This document shows, one piece after another, positions 1-9,015 of a DNA stretch of 64,000 nt; within the stretch, counting starts at the first letter, position 1; each line of letters starts with the position of its first letter. Made by a program: the position numbers and the translations under genes. The stretch covers positions 8,000,001-8,064,000 of the forward strand of contig OY759599.1 in the NCBI GenBank assembly GCA_963662465.1, in the 5' to 3' direction. This DNA comes from Desulfatiglandales bacterium. GTDB lineage: Bacteria > Desulfobacterota > DSM-4660 > Desulfatiglandales > Desulfatiglandaceae. Below the pieces are notes generated by a model. That model saw only the letters and a list, made by a program, of their open reading frames with translations, was not told where the DNA came from and ran no database searches.

Positions 1-498
1 CGCGGGCGTACTCAAAAATTTAAGCGTCGCCTCTCCCCAGGGAATGGTCTCTCCATCTGACAGGGCCGTTATTTTATAAAGGGCGCCGCTGTCCTTGCTC
101 TGATAAATGGTGCAGCCGAACCTTTTCAAAAATTCCATGTGACCGGCCACAAAGTCGGCGTTTGAATGGCTGAGAAAAACCCCTTTGATTTTCCATCCTT
201 CTTTTTTTGCCAGCGCCAGATAAGCATTGATATCACGAGCGGGATCCACCACCAGCGCATCACTTTCGCTCACCACCATATAGGAATACTGGGACAGTAC
301 GGAAAGGTCAAACTGGACAATTTTTACGCCCGGATAGTCATAGGTTTTGACGACCATGGGGATGGCGGCCGTATCGGCGTGAGAAGCGGACTCCGTATCC
401 TTGATGGCAGCGCCGAATGCCTGGCCCTGAAAAAGAAATCCCGTAAACGATGCGAGCAACATGCACATCATCAACTGAAAAAAAACCAAACGTTTCAT
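1..498 (-). CDS. MBL-fold metallo-hydrolase (glyoxalase II / persulfide dioxygenase-rhodanese-like), with N-terminal signal peptide; runs off the window edge
   Basis: Not in the ORF track. Manual translation from ATG at 498 (RBS AAGGAGG): MKRLVFFQLMMCMLLASFTGFLFQGQAFG...YSYMVVSESDALVVDPARDI...FLSHSNADFVAGH...LSTPA. Confidence 0.8.
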   Translation of the reverse strand, partial: MKRLVFFQLMMCMLLASFTGFLFQGQAFGAAIKDTESASHADTAAIPMVVKTYDYPGVKIVQFDLSVLSQYSYMVVSESDALVVDPARDINAYLALAKKEGWKIKGVFLSHSNADFVAGHMEFLKRFGCTIYQSKDSGALYKITALSDGETIPWGEATLKFLSTPA

Positions 499-648
499 TG
501 TTTTTCCTCCTTAAATATTGATACATTTTGTGCGAATTTCTGTTATTCTACCATAGATATAATGCCTTGGATAGCACGAATCTCCTTCCTTATTGGGGTT
601 CATTGCGGATTAACGTGAAATCGCGCTTTGGGTTGTTTCGGTTCGGGC

Positions 649-708
649 TGTAGGTGCGACTTTAGTCGCACAGGGTAGGCTTAATGTGCGACTAAAGTCG
701 CACCTACA
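649..708. repeat. GTAG-family REP doublet (REPIN-like inverted pair)
   Basis: TGTAGGTGCGACTTTAGTCGCACA (649-672) and its exact reverse complement (685-708); each arm is GTAG plus an internal palindrome. Confidence 0.85.
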
Positions 709-759
709 ATCGGCTCAGAAGCCAAATCTCACGCAAATCCACGATGAGCCGTATTACAC

Positions 760-1152
760 TTAATCCAAATCAAGTTTGGTGTTACACTGATTACATTTCA
801 CAACACCCCGGAAGACTTCATTTCCACATTCAGGACAAATGTAGCGGGCTTGTTCATCCGCAACAAATTTTTCTGTACCCATTTCTTTTGCCGTTGATGA
901 TTCATCAACAATAATAAGTTTTCTAGCCCATTCATGTCTTACTTCCCATGCTTTTCTAAACAAATCTTCTACTTCTTTCTCGTCTGGGGATTCATCGACT
1001 ACACGTGAAAGTACGAACCCAAAGACATATTCGCTGGCTGCATCTAAGAGTACAAAAATGTCACAAGGTTCATCTTCTACTAGAATGAATTCTTCGTTCA
1101 CTCTAATGGCTATCCATGCTTCATTCGCTTGAAATTGATCAGGTGTAAGCAT
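760..1152 (-). CDS. Hypothetical protein, probably chimeric, with a C-terminal Cys4 zinc-ribbon tail
   Basis: ORF with RBS (AAGGA) before ATG 1152; tail CPECG...CNQC. Confidence 0.5.
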   Translation of the reverse strand: MLTPDQFQANEAWIAIRVNEEFILVEDEPCDIFVLLDAASEYVFGFVLSRVVDESPDEKEVEDLFRKAWEVRHEWARKLIIVDESSTAKEMGTEKFVADEQARYICPECGNEVFRGVVKCNQCNTKLDLD

Positions 1153-1236
1153 AACAAACAATCCTTTTCATATATTTTTGGTTGAGGGTCTTAATCATAC
1201 AGAAAAAATTTCATATTATAGGGTTCTATTCGTTTA

Positions 1237-1410
1237 GAGCCTGTTTAAAAATTATCTCGTCGCGAGGTTGAGCGAGGTCTTCGAGGGCAAGGAAGCGATA
1301 AAAATGGGGCTGAAAGCGTAGTCGCGCTACGGTGAAGACCCATTTTGGTCGATGATGCAGCCATCGAAAGCCGCAGCCGACCACAGCAGGGATAATTTTT
1401 AAACAGGCTC
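1237..1410. mobile_element. 174-bp MITE with IS5-like ends
   Basis: Perfect 20-bp terminal inverted repeats GAGCCTGTTTAAAAATTATC, flanked by TA on both sides; internal hairpins; no coding capacity. Confidence 0.75.
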
Positions 1411-1483
1411 TAAGTTGGGGGGTAGGCATTTATCTAAGAATCCACCGCTTTGAGAGACCTTCTGAAAAAGTTTCATTTTACAC

Positions 1484-1620
1484 AGTGCCTGAAGGAAAAC
1501 CTCTAAATATAGTTTTCCAATTTTCGTTAGAGATTTATAACGATTTGATATGGTAGCGTTTTTTTTACTTAAAACTTAAAACTTAAAACCGTGCCCGAAC
1601 GAGGTTTTCGTTCAGGCACT
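1484..1620. mobile_element. 137-bp MITE-like element carrying an (ACTTAAA)3 tract
   Basis: 20-bp TIR AGTGCCTGAA(G/C)GAAAACCTC with 1 mismatch. Confidence 0.65.
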
Positions 1621-1641
1621 ACATATGTGTTCGCGGTTGCG

Positions 1642-4278
1642 TTACGGTGTCTGGTTTACTTTTTTAACGACGCCTGAGGCGCCGTCCATTTCAATCATAT
1701 CCCCGTCTTTAAGCCTTTCCGTGAGATTCTGAATGCCGGCGATGCAGGGTTTGCCGTATTCCCGTGCAATAAGGGACCCATGCTGCAGCATCCCTCCCAC
1801 CTCCAGCAGGACTCCCGATGCATTGATAAAAAGCGGGGTCCAGCCGGGGTCAGCCGCTTTGGCCACCAGAATGTCCCCTTCTTTAATCTCCTTTTCTCCC
1901 ACATAGCTGACAATAACCACCCGGCCCTTGACGTTTCCGGCGGAAACCGGGTCCCCGATGATTTCGCCGGGCTTTACGTCCTTTCTTTTGGGCCGGAGGA
2001 TCTTACCCCTGGAGTTAATGACCGGGGGAAAATTGTTCACTTTTTCAGCGATGGCCATATATTTTCGGTCTTGAGCAATCATCTGCCTGACATCCAGCCG
2101 CTCGTCGTCAATGGCCTGTTGCACTTCATCAATCGTCAGATAGAAAATGTCTTCGAGGTCGTCGATCCGTTCCGCGCTCTTGAAATCGCGGGCAATATCG
2201 CGGGCTTTTCGTCTGATCTTATTTCCGGCATACACCAGAAAATACTTATGGATTTCGCGGTATCCTCCCAGGTTGACCATAACTTGGTAGTGTTTTTCCA
2301 GAAGTTTCCCGTCTTTGTCGTCCACTTTTTCCGTAAGGGTCTTAAAGGCTCGTTCCCGTTCTTCGGCCTGGCGCTCCACCGTGGCCCTGGGTGAATCCTC
2401 AGGCGACAGGGTTTGGTAGTTCTGCATTTGTTGAATAACAATTTCAGGCTTTTCCTGATAGCGGGGTGTTTTGACATCAACTTCACGAGGCCCTCTGAAT
2501 CCGAATCGCATCATGAAATCATCCCACTGGTTCAGAAATGCTTCCGGCACAGCACGGTTCAAAATTCGCTCTTTAAGAACATGGGTGGATTCCAGATCCT
2601 TCGGCGAAAGCAGCTTCATGAGGTCATAAATTCGACAACTCATCTCCGTGGTGATATTGTAGGGGAGCCCCCGGTCAATTTTGTCCGCTTCCTCTGCCGG
2701 AATGTCATCGTAACGCTCTTTGATGATTTTCCGAATACTGCTCTTGGCCGATTCCGCATCAACCAGGCTGGGGATGGTGACATGAATCATCAGATCCGCC
2801 TGTTTTCTAAGGGCCTGATATGAAAAGTCTTTGAAGGAAATCGGCTCCCGTTCAAGCCGGTCCATATCCGCCATAAACTGAGCGCCTTTTTCGTCGATCA
2901 GTTTTCGCAGTTCTTCAGGATGCTTTCGGCCCTTGAGAATTCCCCCAATGGTATCCCAGTTTTTAAATGAAGCCATAAACATGGCTTTTATGCCTTTTAA
3001 AATGCCTTTTGTCGTATAGTGGGCGCGATAGGGACCCATGTCCGCATCCCGAATCACCCGGGCCGCATAGATATCCAGCCCCTCGTATTCGCCCGCGGTC
3101 TTTTCCTGACCCTCCAACAGCATTTCGGCGGAGAGATTGATATAGGCGCGACCGCCGGCGCCATAGAGAAAATCACCTGGTTTTTGGGCCACATGAACCC
3201 CCGCGGCCGACATTCCCATGGCATCGGTCATTTCCCGAAAGCAGTCTGTCCCCATGACTGACATCGGCGTCTGAAATCCCTGCTCGATGAGGGTCATATC
3301 CAGATATAGTTTCTTCGGTTCGCCGGGCTCGGTCCGGAAGACGGGGTGAAGCGGAATATAGCTCGTGATGGGGCGAGCTTGCAGCATATACAGGGTACCG
3401 TCTTCATAAGCCCATTCCGTATCCATGGGCATTTCGTAATGGGTTTCCACCTTTTTGACCATGTCGGTCAGTTCCAAAATCTGCTCATCGGAGAGTGCCG
3501 GCCGGTCTGAAGCGTCCTTTGCCACCCTGGCTGTGCCGCCGGTTTCATTCAGGGTGACCGCCAGCGTTTTGTCGCCGATTTTCTTTGACAGTATTTCCCG
3601 ACTGTGCGCATCCACCACGAACTGATCCGGGACCGTGTCACCGGATACAACCGATTCACCCAGACCAAAATTGGCATTGATCACCACTTCGTCGTAGCAG
3701 TTGTTGAGGGGGTTGATGCTGAAGGCCACGCCCGCCACATCGCTTTGAATCTGGGCCATCACCACCACGGCGATGGCGTATCGGGTATGGTCAAAGCCTT
3801 TTTGCCGCTTGTAGGCCACCACTCGAAAATCAATACAGGAGATAAACACATCCCGAATACGGGCCTCAAGCTGATCCTTCGTGACACCCAGATAGGTCTC
3901 ATACATCCCGGCAAAGGATGCCCCCTGCATATCTTCTTCAGGTGAGGAAGAACGCACCGAATACATTCGGTCTTCAGGCTGTTCAAGCGCTTTGAGTTTC
4001 TCCTGAAGGATTTGCCTTTGATGCGGGCTGAATTGAAACCCGGCCGCATGTTTTTTCAGTTCGCGGGTTTTTCTTTTGAGCACCTCTTCACTGTCTGATT
4101 TGCCAAGCCGAAGGGCCTCAATCTTCATCAGTGCCTCTACCCACTCATCAAAGAACTGAACGTCAAGAACCATTCCCGCGGGAACCGGAAAGCCGGCGCC
4201 GGTCATCCTGATCAGCGAATACGCTTTTCCACCCACCTGGGACTGTGCTGCGTTTTGGTCTGTAAACAAGCAAATCAT
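1642..4278 (-). CDS. PEP synthase/PPDK-family phosphotransferase with rifampin-phosphotransferase-like domain order (ATP-grasp, substrate domain, C-terminal His swivel)
   Basis: VGGKA, SVRSSSPEED..ASFAG.Y.T, NFGLGE.VVSG, LQARPIT; C-terminal DPGWTPLF...GGMLQHGSLIAREYGKP; ATG 4278 with RBS GAGGA. Confidence 0.85.
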   Translation of the reverse strand: MICLFTDQNAAQSQVGGKAYSLIRMTGAGFPVPAGMVLDVQFFDEWVEALMKIEALRLGKSDSEEVLKRKTRELKKHAAGFQFSPHQRQILQEKLKALEQPEDRMYSVRSSSPEEDMQGASFAGMYETYLGVTKDQLEARIRDVFISCIDFRVVAYKRQKGFDHTRYAIAVVVMAQIQSDVAGVAFSINPLNNCYDEVVINANFGLGESVVSGDTVPDQFVVDAHSREILSKKIGDKTLAVTLNETGGTARVAKDASDRPALSDEQILELTDMVKKVETHYEMPMDTEWAYEDGTLYMLQARPITSYIPLHPVFRTEPGEPKKLYLDMTLIEQGFQTPMSVMGTDCFREMTDAMGMSAAGVHVAQKPGDFLYGAGGRAYINLSAEMLLEGQEKTAGEYEGLDIYAARVIRDADMGPYRAHYTTKGILKGIKAMFMASFKNWDTIGGILKGRKHPEELRKLIDEKGAQFMADMDRLEREPISFKDFSYQALRKQADLMIHVTIPSLVDAESAKSSIRKIIKERYDDIPAEEADKIDRGLPYNITTEMSCRIYDLMKLLSPKDLESTHVLKERILNRAVPEAFLNQWDDFMMRFGFRGPREVDVKTPRYQEKPEIVIQQMQNYQTLSPEDSPRATVERQAEERERAFKTLTEKVDDKDGKLLEKHYQVMVNLGGYREIHKYFLVYAGNKIRRKARDIARDFKSAERIDDLEDIFYLTIDEVQQAIDDERLDVRQMIAQDRKYMAIAEKVNNFPPVINSRGKILRPKRKDVKPGEIIGDPVSAGNVKGRVVIVSYVGEKEIKEGDILVAKAADPGWTPLFINASGVLLEVGGMLQHGSLIAREYGKPCIAGIQNLTERLKDGDMIEMDGASGVVKKVNQTP

Positions 4279-4381
4279 TTTTGTTTCCTCGCGATCTTGA
4301 AAATTCAGTATGAAAATTTCCTGATTATAACGGATTTGGGGGGACGGCATTATTCGCTGAGAATTTTTGTCACTTTCGCCG

Positions 4382-4406
4382 ATGGTTGAGTTGACAACCT
4401 AACCAT
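4382..4406. promoter_or_regulatory. Imperfect 25-bp palindrome, candidate repressor operator upstream of the phosphotransferase
   Basis: ATGGTTGAGTTGACAACCTAACCAT, 20/25 self-complementary, contains TTGACA. Confidence 0.45.
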
Positions 4407-4562
4407 GAGAAAGAGCGGGTATATAAAATGTCAGCAAACGAATCTAAGCCCAAGGCAAATCATACAATCACTCTTCCAGTCGATCAACAAGAATGTTTGG
4501 AAACAGTTCTGGATTGCTAACTTTTCCGAATCGAATTGGACGGTGCTGTTAAAACCGGTCCT

Positions 4563-4596
4563 GTCAAGCCACCGGCTCTGCCGGTGGTAATTGACT
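4563..4596. mobile_element. IS200/IS605-type terminal hairpin remnant
   Basis: CAAG-CCACCGGC-TCT-GCCGGTGG-TAATTGACT resembles IS200-family subterminal palindromes; lies just before the 5'-truncated kinase. Confidence 0.5.
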
Positions 4597-4618
4597 AGCC
4601 ATCGTTCTGATCCTTATT

Positions 4619-6388
4619 GTGGAGCGGTATGTGGACCCGAAAGAGCGTGAGAAGATGATTTCGCTCCTGCAAGCGCACGGGGAATTCAGGAATTACGAAA
4701 CCCGGTTCAAACGAAACGACGGTTCCATTATCTGGATGCGTTATTCAGCCAAAATGGTCCCGGAAAAGGGATGGATCGAAGGGGTATCCGAAGATATCAG
4801 CGATCAGAAGCTTGCTGAGATATCACTCCGGCAGAGCGAGGAGAAGTTCTCCAAACTCTTCTTTTCCAGTCCCACATGGATGGCCATTACCCGGCTTGAA
4901 GATGGGACCTATCTGGAGGTCAACGAGGCTTTTGAAGAGATTACCGGGTTTGGTCGCAGCGAAGTCATTGGACGAACATCCATGGAATTGGGTCTCTGGC
5001 CCGAGCCGAATGGAGAAAGAGAGCGGTACATGGCCCTTGCTCGAGAGCGGGGGGGCTTTCGGGAGCGGGAAGTCACTTTTTTGACCCGGGACGGTGAGCC
5101 CATAACAGCCCTCTGGTCCGCGTATGTGATGGATCTGGCAGGTGAAACGTGTCTGCTCAGCATGGTCATGGACATGTCGGAACTCAAGCGGTCCAGGGTT
5201 GAAAGGAAAGACCTTTACGCCCAGCTCTTACAGGCCCGGAAGATGGAGTTCATAGGCAGGCTGGCCGGAGGAATCGCCCATGATTTCAACAACAAACTGG
5301 TAGTGATCCTGGGGCGTGCGGAAATGTTGCTCATGGATATGGAACCGGAGAATCCCATTTATGGGAGCCTTGAAGAGATTCAGAATGCGGCCGAGGGTTC
5401 GACGGACCTGACCCGGCAGCTTTTGGCCTTTGCCCGAAAACAGACCATCGCGCCCCGGGAGCTGGACTTGAATGAAACCCTGGAAGGGATGCTCAAAATG
5501 TTGAGGCGTCTGATCGGTGAAGACATCGATCTGGCATGGCAGCCGGACACGAATCTGTGGTCGGTAAAAATGGACCCTGCCCAGATCGACCAGATACTGG
5601 CCAATCTGGCTGTCAATGCCCGAGATGCCATTGACGGCGTGGGGAAGGTCACCATCGAGACGAAAAATGTGCTGCTGGGAGAAGCCTACTGTGCCGAACA
5701 CGTTGGTTTTGTGCCCGGTGAGTTTGCGATGCTGGCGGTGAGTGATAATGGCGGCGGCATGGACGAAACGACCCTGGATCAGATCTTTGAGCCGTTCTTC
5801 AGCACCAAGGAGCTTGGAAAAGGGACGGGTCTTGGGCTTTCCACGGTTTACGGTATCGTCAAACAGAACAACGGCTTCGTCAACGCTTACAGCGAGCCCG
5901 GGAAAGGAACCACCTTCAAGATTTACCTGCCCCGCTATCAAGGAGACGCCAACCGGGAAACTTCCACCGGATCTGAGGAAACGCCTAAGGGTCTGGGGGA
6001 GACCATATTGCTGGTGGAGGATGATCCGGGTATTCTGGAAATGGTCGGGATGATGCTGGAAAGGCTCGGGTATGCAGTGCTCACGGCAAACGGTCCGGAT
6101 GAGGCCATGGAGACGGCCAGGGAACACTCCGGCAGGATACACTTGCTCATGACCGACGTGGTATTGCCCCGGATGAACGGAAAAGACCTGGCCGAGCAGG
6201 TCATGAAGATTCGGCCGGAAACCGGGACGCTTTTCATGTCGGGCTATACGGCCAATGCCATCGCCCACCACGGCATTTTAAACGAAGGGGTTCACTTCAT
6301 CGAGAAACCCTTTATGGCGGATCGTCTGGCTCGGAAGGTGAGGGAAGCGCTGGATAAGAACCACATGGGGTCGCATCTTAATTGTTAA
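4619..6388 (+). CDS. Hybrid histidine kinase (partial PAS-PAS-HisKA-HATPase-REC), 5'-truncated
   Basis: Starts mid-PAS with no RBS; LAGGIAHDFNN H-box, NLAVNARDA, DNGGG, GTGLGL; REC VEDD/TDVVLP/KPF. Confidence 0.8.
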   Translation: MERYVDPKEREKMISLLQAHGEFRNYETRFKRNDGSIIWMRYSAKMVPEKGWIEGVSEDISDQKLAEISLRQSEEKFSKLFFSSPTWMAITRLEDGTYLEVNEAFEEITGFGRSEVIGRTSMELGLWPEPNGERERYMALARERGGFREREVTFLTRDGEPITALWSAYVMDLAGETCLLSMVMDMSELKRSRVERKDLYAQLLQARKMEFIGRLAGGIAHDFNNKLVVILGRAEMLLMDMEPENPIYGSLEEIQNAAEGSTDLTRQLLAFARKQTIAPRELDLNETLEGMLKMLRRLIGEDIDLAWQPDTNLWSVKMDPAQIDQILANLAVNARDAIDGVGKVTIETKNVLLGEAYCAEHVGFVPGEFAMLAVSDNGGGMDETTLDQIFEPFFSTKELGKGTGLGLSTVYGIVKQNNGFVNAYSEPGKGTTFKIYLPRYQGDANRETSTGSEETPKGLGETILLVEDDPGILEMVGMMLERLGYAVLTANGPDEAMETAREHSGRIHLLMTDVVLPRMNGKDLAEQVMKIRPETGTLFMSGYTANAIAHHGILNEGVHFIEKPFMADRLARKVREALDKNHMGSHLNC

Positions 6389-6407
6389 CGGTTTGTTTTG
6401 AATAATT

Positions 6408-7607
6408 AATATTCAAGATGCGATTCTGATTCCCTGCTATCCTCGAAGCCTTCCCCGGAATGCTCAATGCCGTAGACAGCAATTACAATATTATATGCGC
6501 GAGCAGGAAACTTGTCGAAAGTGTGGGCCTTCATCATTTGGAAGATGCCGCGGGAAGGAAGTGTTATCGCGTATGGAAAAATCCTGGAGCAAAAGCGTCT
6601 GATGATGAAAATCACTTGCTTCAAGCCGTTATGCCCAAAAACATCCTTATGGAAACCGATCTGCCGGCCCCGGGACCTGCCATACGAGCCAACGCGAACC
6701 AGATCCAACAGGTCCTGACCAACTTGGTTACCAACGCCTGGGAAGCCATGCCCGAGGGTGGGGGCGCCATTCGCCTGACCGTCAAGACCGTTTCCCCGGA
6801 GGAGATCCCCCCGACAAACCGATTCCCTATCGATTGGCGGCTGCGGGATGAGAGGTATGCCTGCCTGGAAGTGGCCGACACCGGCCGCGGAATCGAGGAA
6901 CAGGATATGGAAAAGCTCTTTGATCCGTTTTTTTCCACCAAGTTTACCGGCCGCGGCCTGGGGTTGCCCGTGGTGGTCGGAATTGCAGGGGCACATGGAG
7001 GTTTGGTCACTGTGGAAAGCGGGGTCGGGGGAAGGCGGTCAGAGGACGGAAGACGGAGGTCGGAGGGCAGAGGACGGAAGGCGGAAGTCAGGGGTCGGAG
7101 GCGAGCGGGAGCGTGTTTCGGGTCTTTTTCCCTTTGACGCTTGAAGAGGTCATCCGGCAGCCGGAAAAACCGAAGGAAGTTTCGGCAGTGGCGGGGAACG
7201 GGACGGCGCTGGTCATCGACGATGAGCCCCAAGTGCGGGAATTGACGGCAATCATGATCTCAAGACTGGGTTTCACGGTACTCGAAGCCGGGGACGGGGC
7301 TGAGGGTGTGGAAATATTCAAGGCGCACCCGGGTGAAATCCGCTGTGTGATCTGCGACCTGAGCATGCCGCGTATGGACGGTTGGGAAACCCTGTCCGCG
7401 CTTCGGAAACTGTCGCCGGGCATCCCCGTGATCCTGGCCGGCGGGTACGATCAGGCCAGCGTCATGACCGGCGAGCATGCCGAATGGCCCCAGGCTTTTT
7501 TGGGCAAACCCTATGGGTTTCAGGACCTTCGAGAGACCATAGGCCGGGCTGTCCCAAAAGAGGCTGAAAACAGGGCCGAGGCGGAAGGTTCGGATATCCA
7601 GAGTTAA
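6408..7607 (+). pseudogene. Degraded paralog of the 50467-52578 kinase that retains a C-terminal REC domain; three internal deletions (H-box lost) and a frameshift
   Basis: Blocks nearly identical to 50406-50433, 50977-51123, 51705-51744 and 52019-52560; split ORFs 6460-7137 and 7113-7607. Confidence 0.85.
7021..7106 (+). repeat. Degenerate heptamer tract (GGAGGWC-like, 11 units) inside the HATPase C-terminus; causes a frameshift
   Basis: ggcggtc agaggac ggaagac ggaggtc ggagggc agaggac ggaaggc ggaagtc aggggtc; 86 nt between the VES and GSVF codons. Confidence 0.85.
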
Positions 7608-7709
7608 TGGTTGACAGAAAACGGATTTTCGGAAAGAATGAGTAGTTGAGGTTACATCCCCATCAAAACAACGTTTTATTCGGAGCCCAAGCCATGTTCG
7701 ATAGCCCGA

Positions 7710-7765
<56 letters not shown>

Positions 7766-7813
7766 CTTACCTTATTAACTTTAGAAGAAGATTGTTTAAC
7801 ATCGCCCCATGAT

Positions 7814-7848
7814 GCTCCGGCGCCCATGAAGACGCCGGGGCTTTTTTT
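7814..7848 (+). terminator. Intrinsic terminator-like hairpin in the cheR leader
   Basis: GCTCCGGCG...CGCCGGGGC followed by T7. Confidence 0.6.
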
Positions 7849-7948
7849 GGCGCCGGAGTACCGGGTCCCGATCAAGGCTGATGGAAGCATGATTCCCGTA
7901 TCAACTACACCGTCTGATTTTTTCTGATCCCTTAGGAGGCCAACGGCC

Positions 7949-9013
7949 ATGCCCACAAAAAAGAAAAAAGCGCCGTCCGCCAATGAAACTTCTTTGGAAA
8001 AAGCCAAACAAGAGAAAAAACCAAAAGATGCCGACAGCTATGCCCGGCGTCCTATTCCGGCGTCATTGGACAAAATCAAACTCGAAGAACCCCCGATAAA
8101 AAACCAGATGCAGAAAATTTTAGCCTTGATTCGCAGCGCCACCGGCCACGATTTTTCTCATTACAAACCGGGCGCCATTGCCCGTTGCATTGAACATTGC
8201 CTGGCGGTTCACCAGATAACGGCGTTGTCCGATTACGTCCGCTATCTCCAGAAAAATCCCGCCGAGATCGACGTGCTTTTCAAGAATCTGCTCATCGGGG
8301 TCACCCGTTTTTTCAGGGACGGGGAAGCCTATGATCTGCTTAAAGGGCAGGCGCTGCCGGCCTTGTTGAGCCAAAAAGATCCGGATACGACCGTCCGTTT
8401 CTGGGTTGCGGGCTGTTCTACCGGTGAAGAAGCCTACTCGTTGGGCATGGTCCTTTCCGAAGTGATGGATAGCCTCAAAAGACAATTCAACGTTAAAATC
8501 TTTGCCACGGATATCGATGGGGCCGCACTGGATATTGCCCGCAAGGGGGTCTATCCGGAAAATATCGACGCGGATGTTTCAAAGGAGCGCCTGAACCGGT
8601 TTTTCATCAAAGAGCCGGGATTGTTCAAGGTCAGCGAACCTCTTCGCAGCAGGGTCATTTTTTCTCTTCAAAATGTCATTAAAGATCCACCCTTTTCCCG
8701 GCTTGACCTGGTGAGTTGCCGAAACCTCATGATCTATATGGACAGTGTCCTGCAGAAAAAAATCATCCCCCTGTTTCACTATACCCTGAACCCGGGTGGG
8801 ATTCTTTTGTTGGGCACATCCGAAAGCATCGGGGAACACAGGGATTTTTTTCAGCCCATCAATAGCAAATGGAAAATTTTTGAACGAAAGAAAGGGTTTG
8901 CCCAAACGACCCCTGCTTATTCCCCCAGTGTCGATTACTTCACCCGGCGAAGAACAGAATCGAACGGCAATCCGCCGACGACCGGCGCTATCCGGGAAAT
9001 GGAGGAGGATTGA
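7949..9013 (+). CDS. cheR: CheR-type methyltransferase; deletion derivative of a CheB/CheR-PAS fusion
   Basis: DFSHYK, LLIGVTRFFRD, WVAGCSTGEEAYS, IFATDID, DPPFSRLDLVSCRNLMIY. Confidence 0.8.
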   Translation: MPTKKKKAPSANETSLEKAKQEKKPKDADSYARRPIPASLDKIKLEEPPIKNQMQKILALIRSATGHDFSHYKPGAIARCIEHCLAVHQITALSDYVRYLQKNPAEIDVLFKNLLIGVTRFFRDGEAYDLLKGQALPALLSQKDPDTTVRFWVAGCSTGEEAYSLGMVLSEVMDSLKRQFNVKIFATDIDGAALDIARKGVYPENIDADVSKERLNRFFIKEPGLFKVSEPLRSRVIFSLQNVIKDPPFSRLDLVSCRNLMIYMDSVLQKKIIPLFHYTLNPGGILLLGTSESIGEHRDFFQPINSKWKIFERKKGFAQTTPAYSPSVDYFTRRRTESNGNPPTTGAIREMEED

Positions 9014-9015
9014 AA

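Noticed and set aside
166..618. 150-aa + strand ORF
   Set aside because: Antisense shadow of the MBL hydrolase on the minus strand
1226..1429. 67-aa ORF
   Set aside because: Coincides with the MITE; no RBS or recognisable motif
5228..6271. Long antisense ORFs (also 39230-40270 and 50560-51507)
   Set aside because: Shadow frames of well-supported kinase genes
6380..7620. Integron-like attC sites at module boundaries
   Set aside because: No RYYYAAC...GTTRRRY palindromic structure found and no integrase in the window
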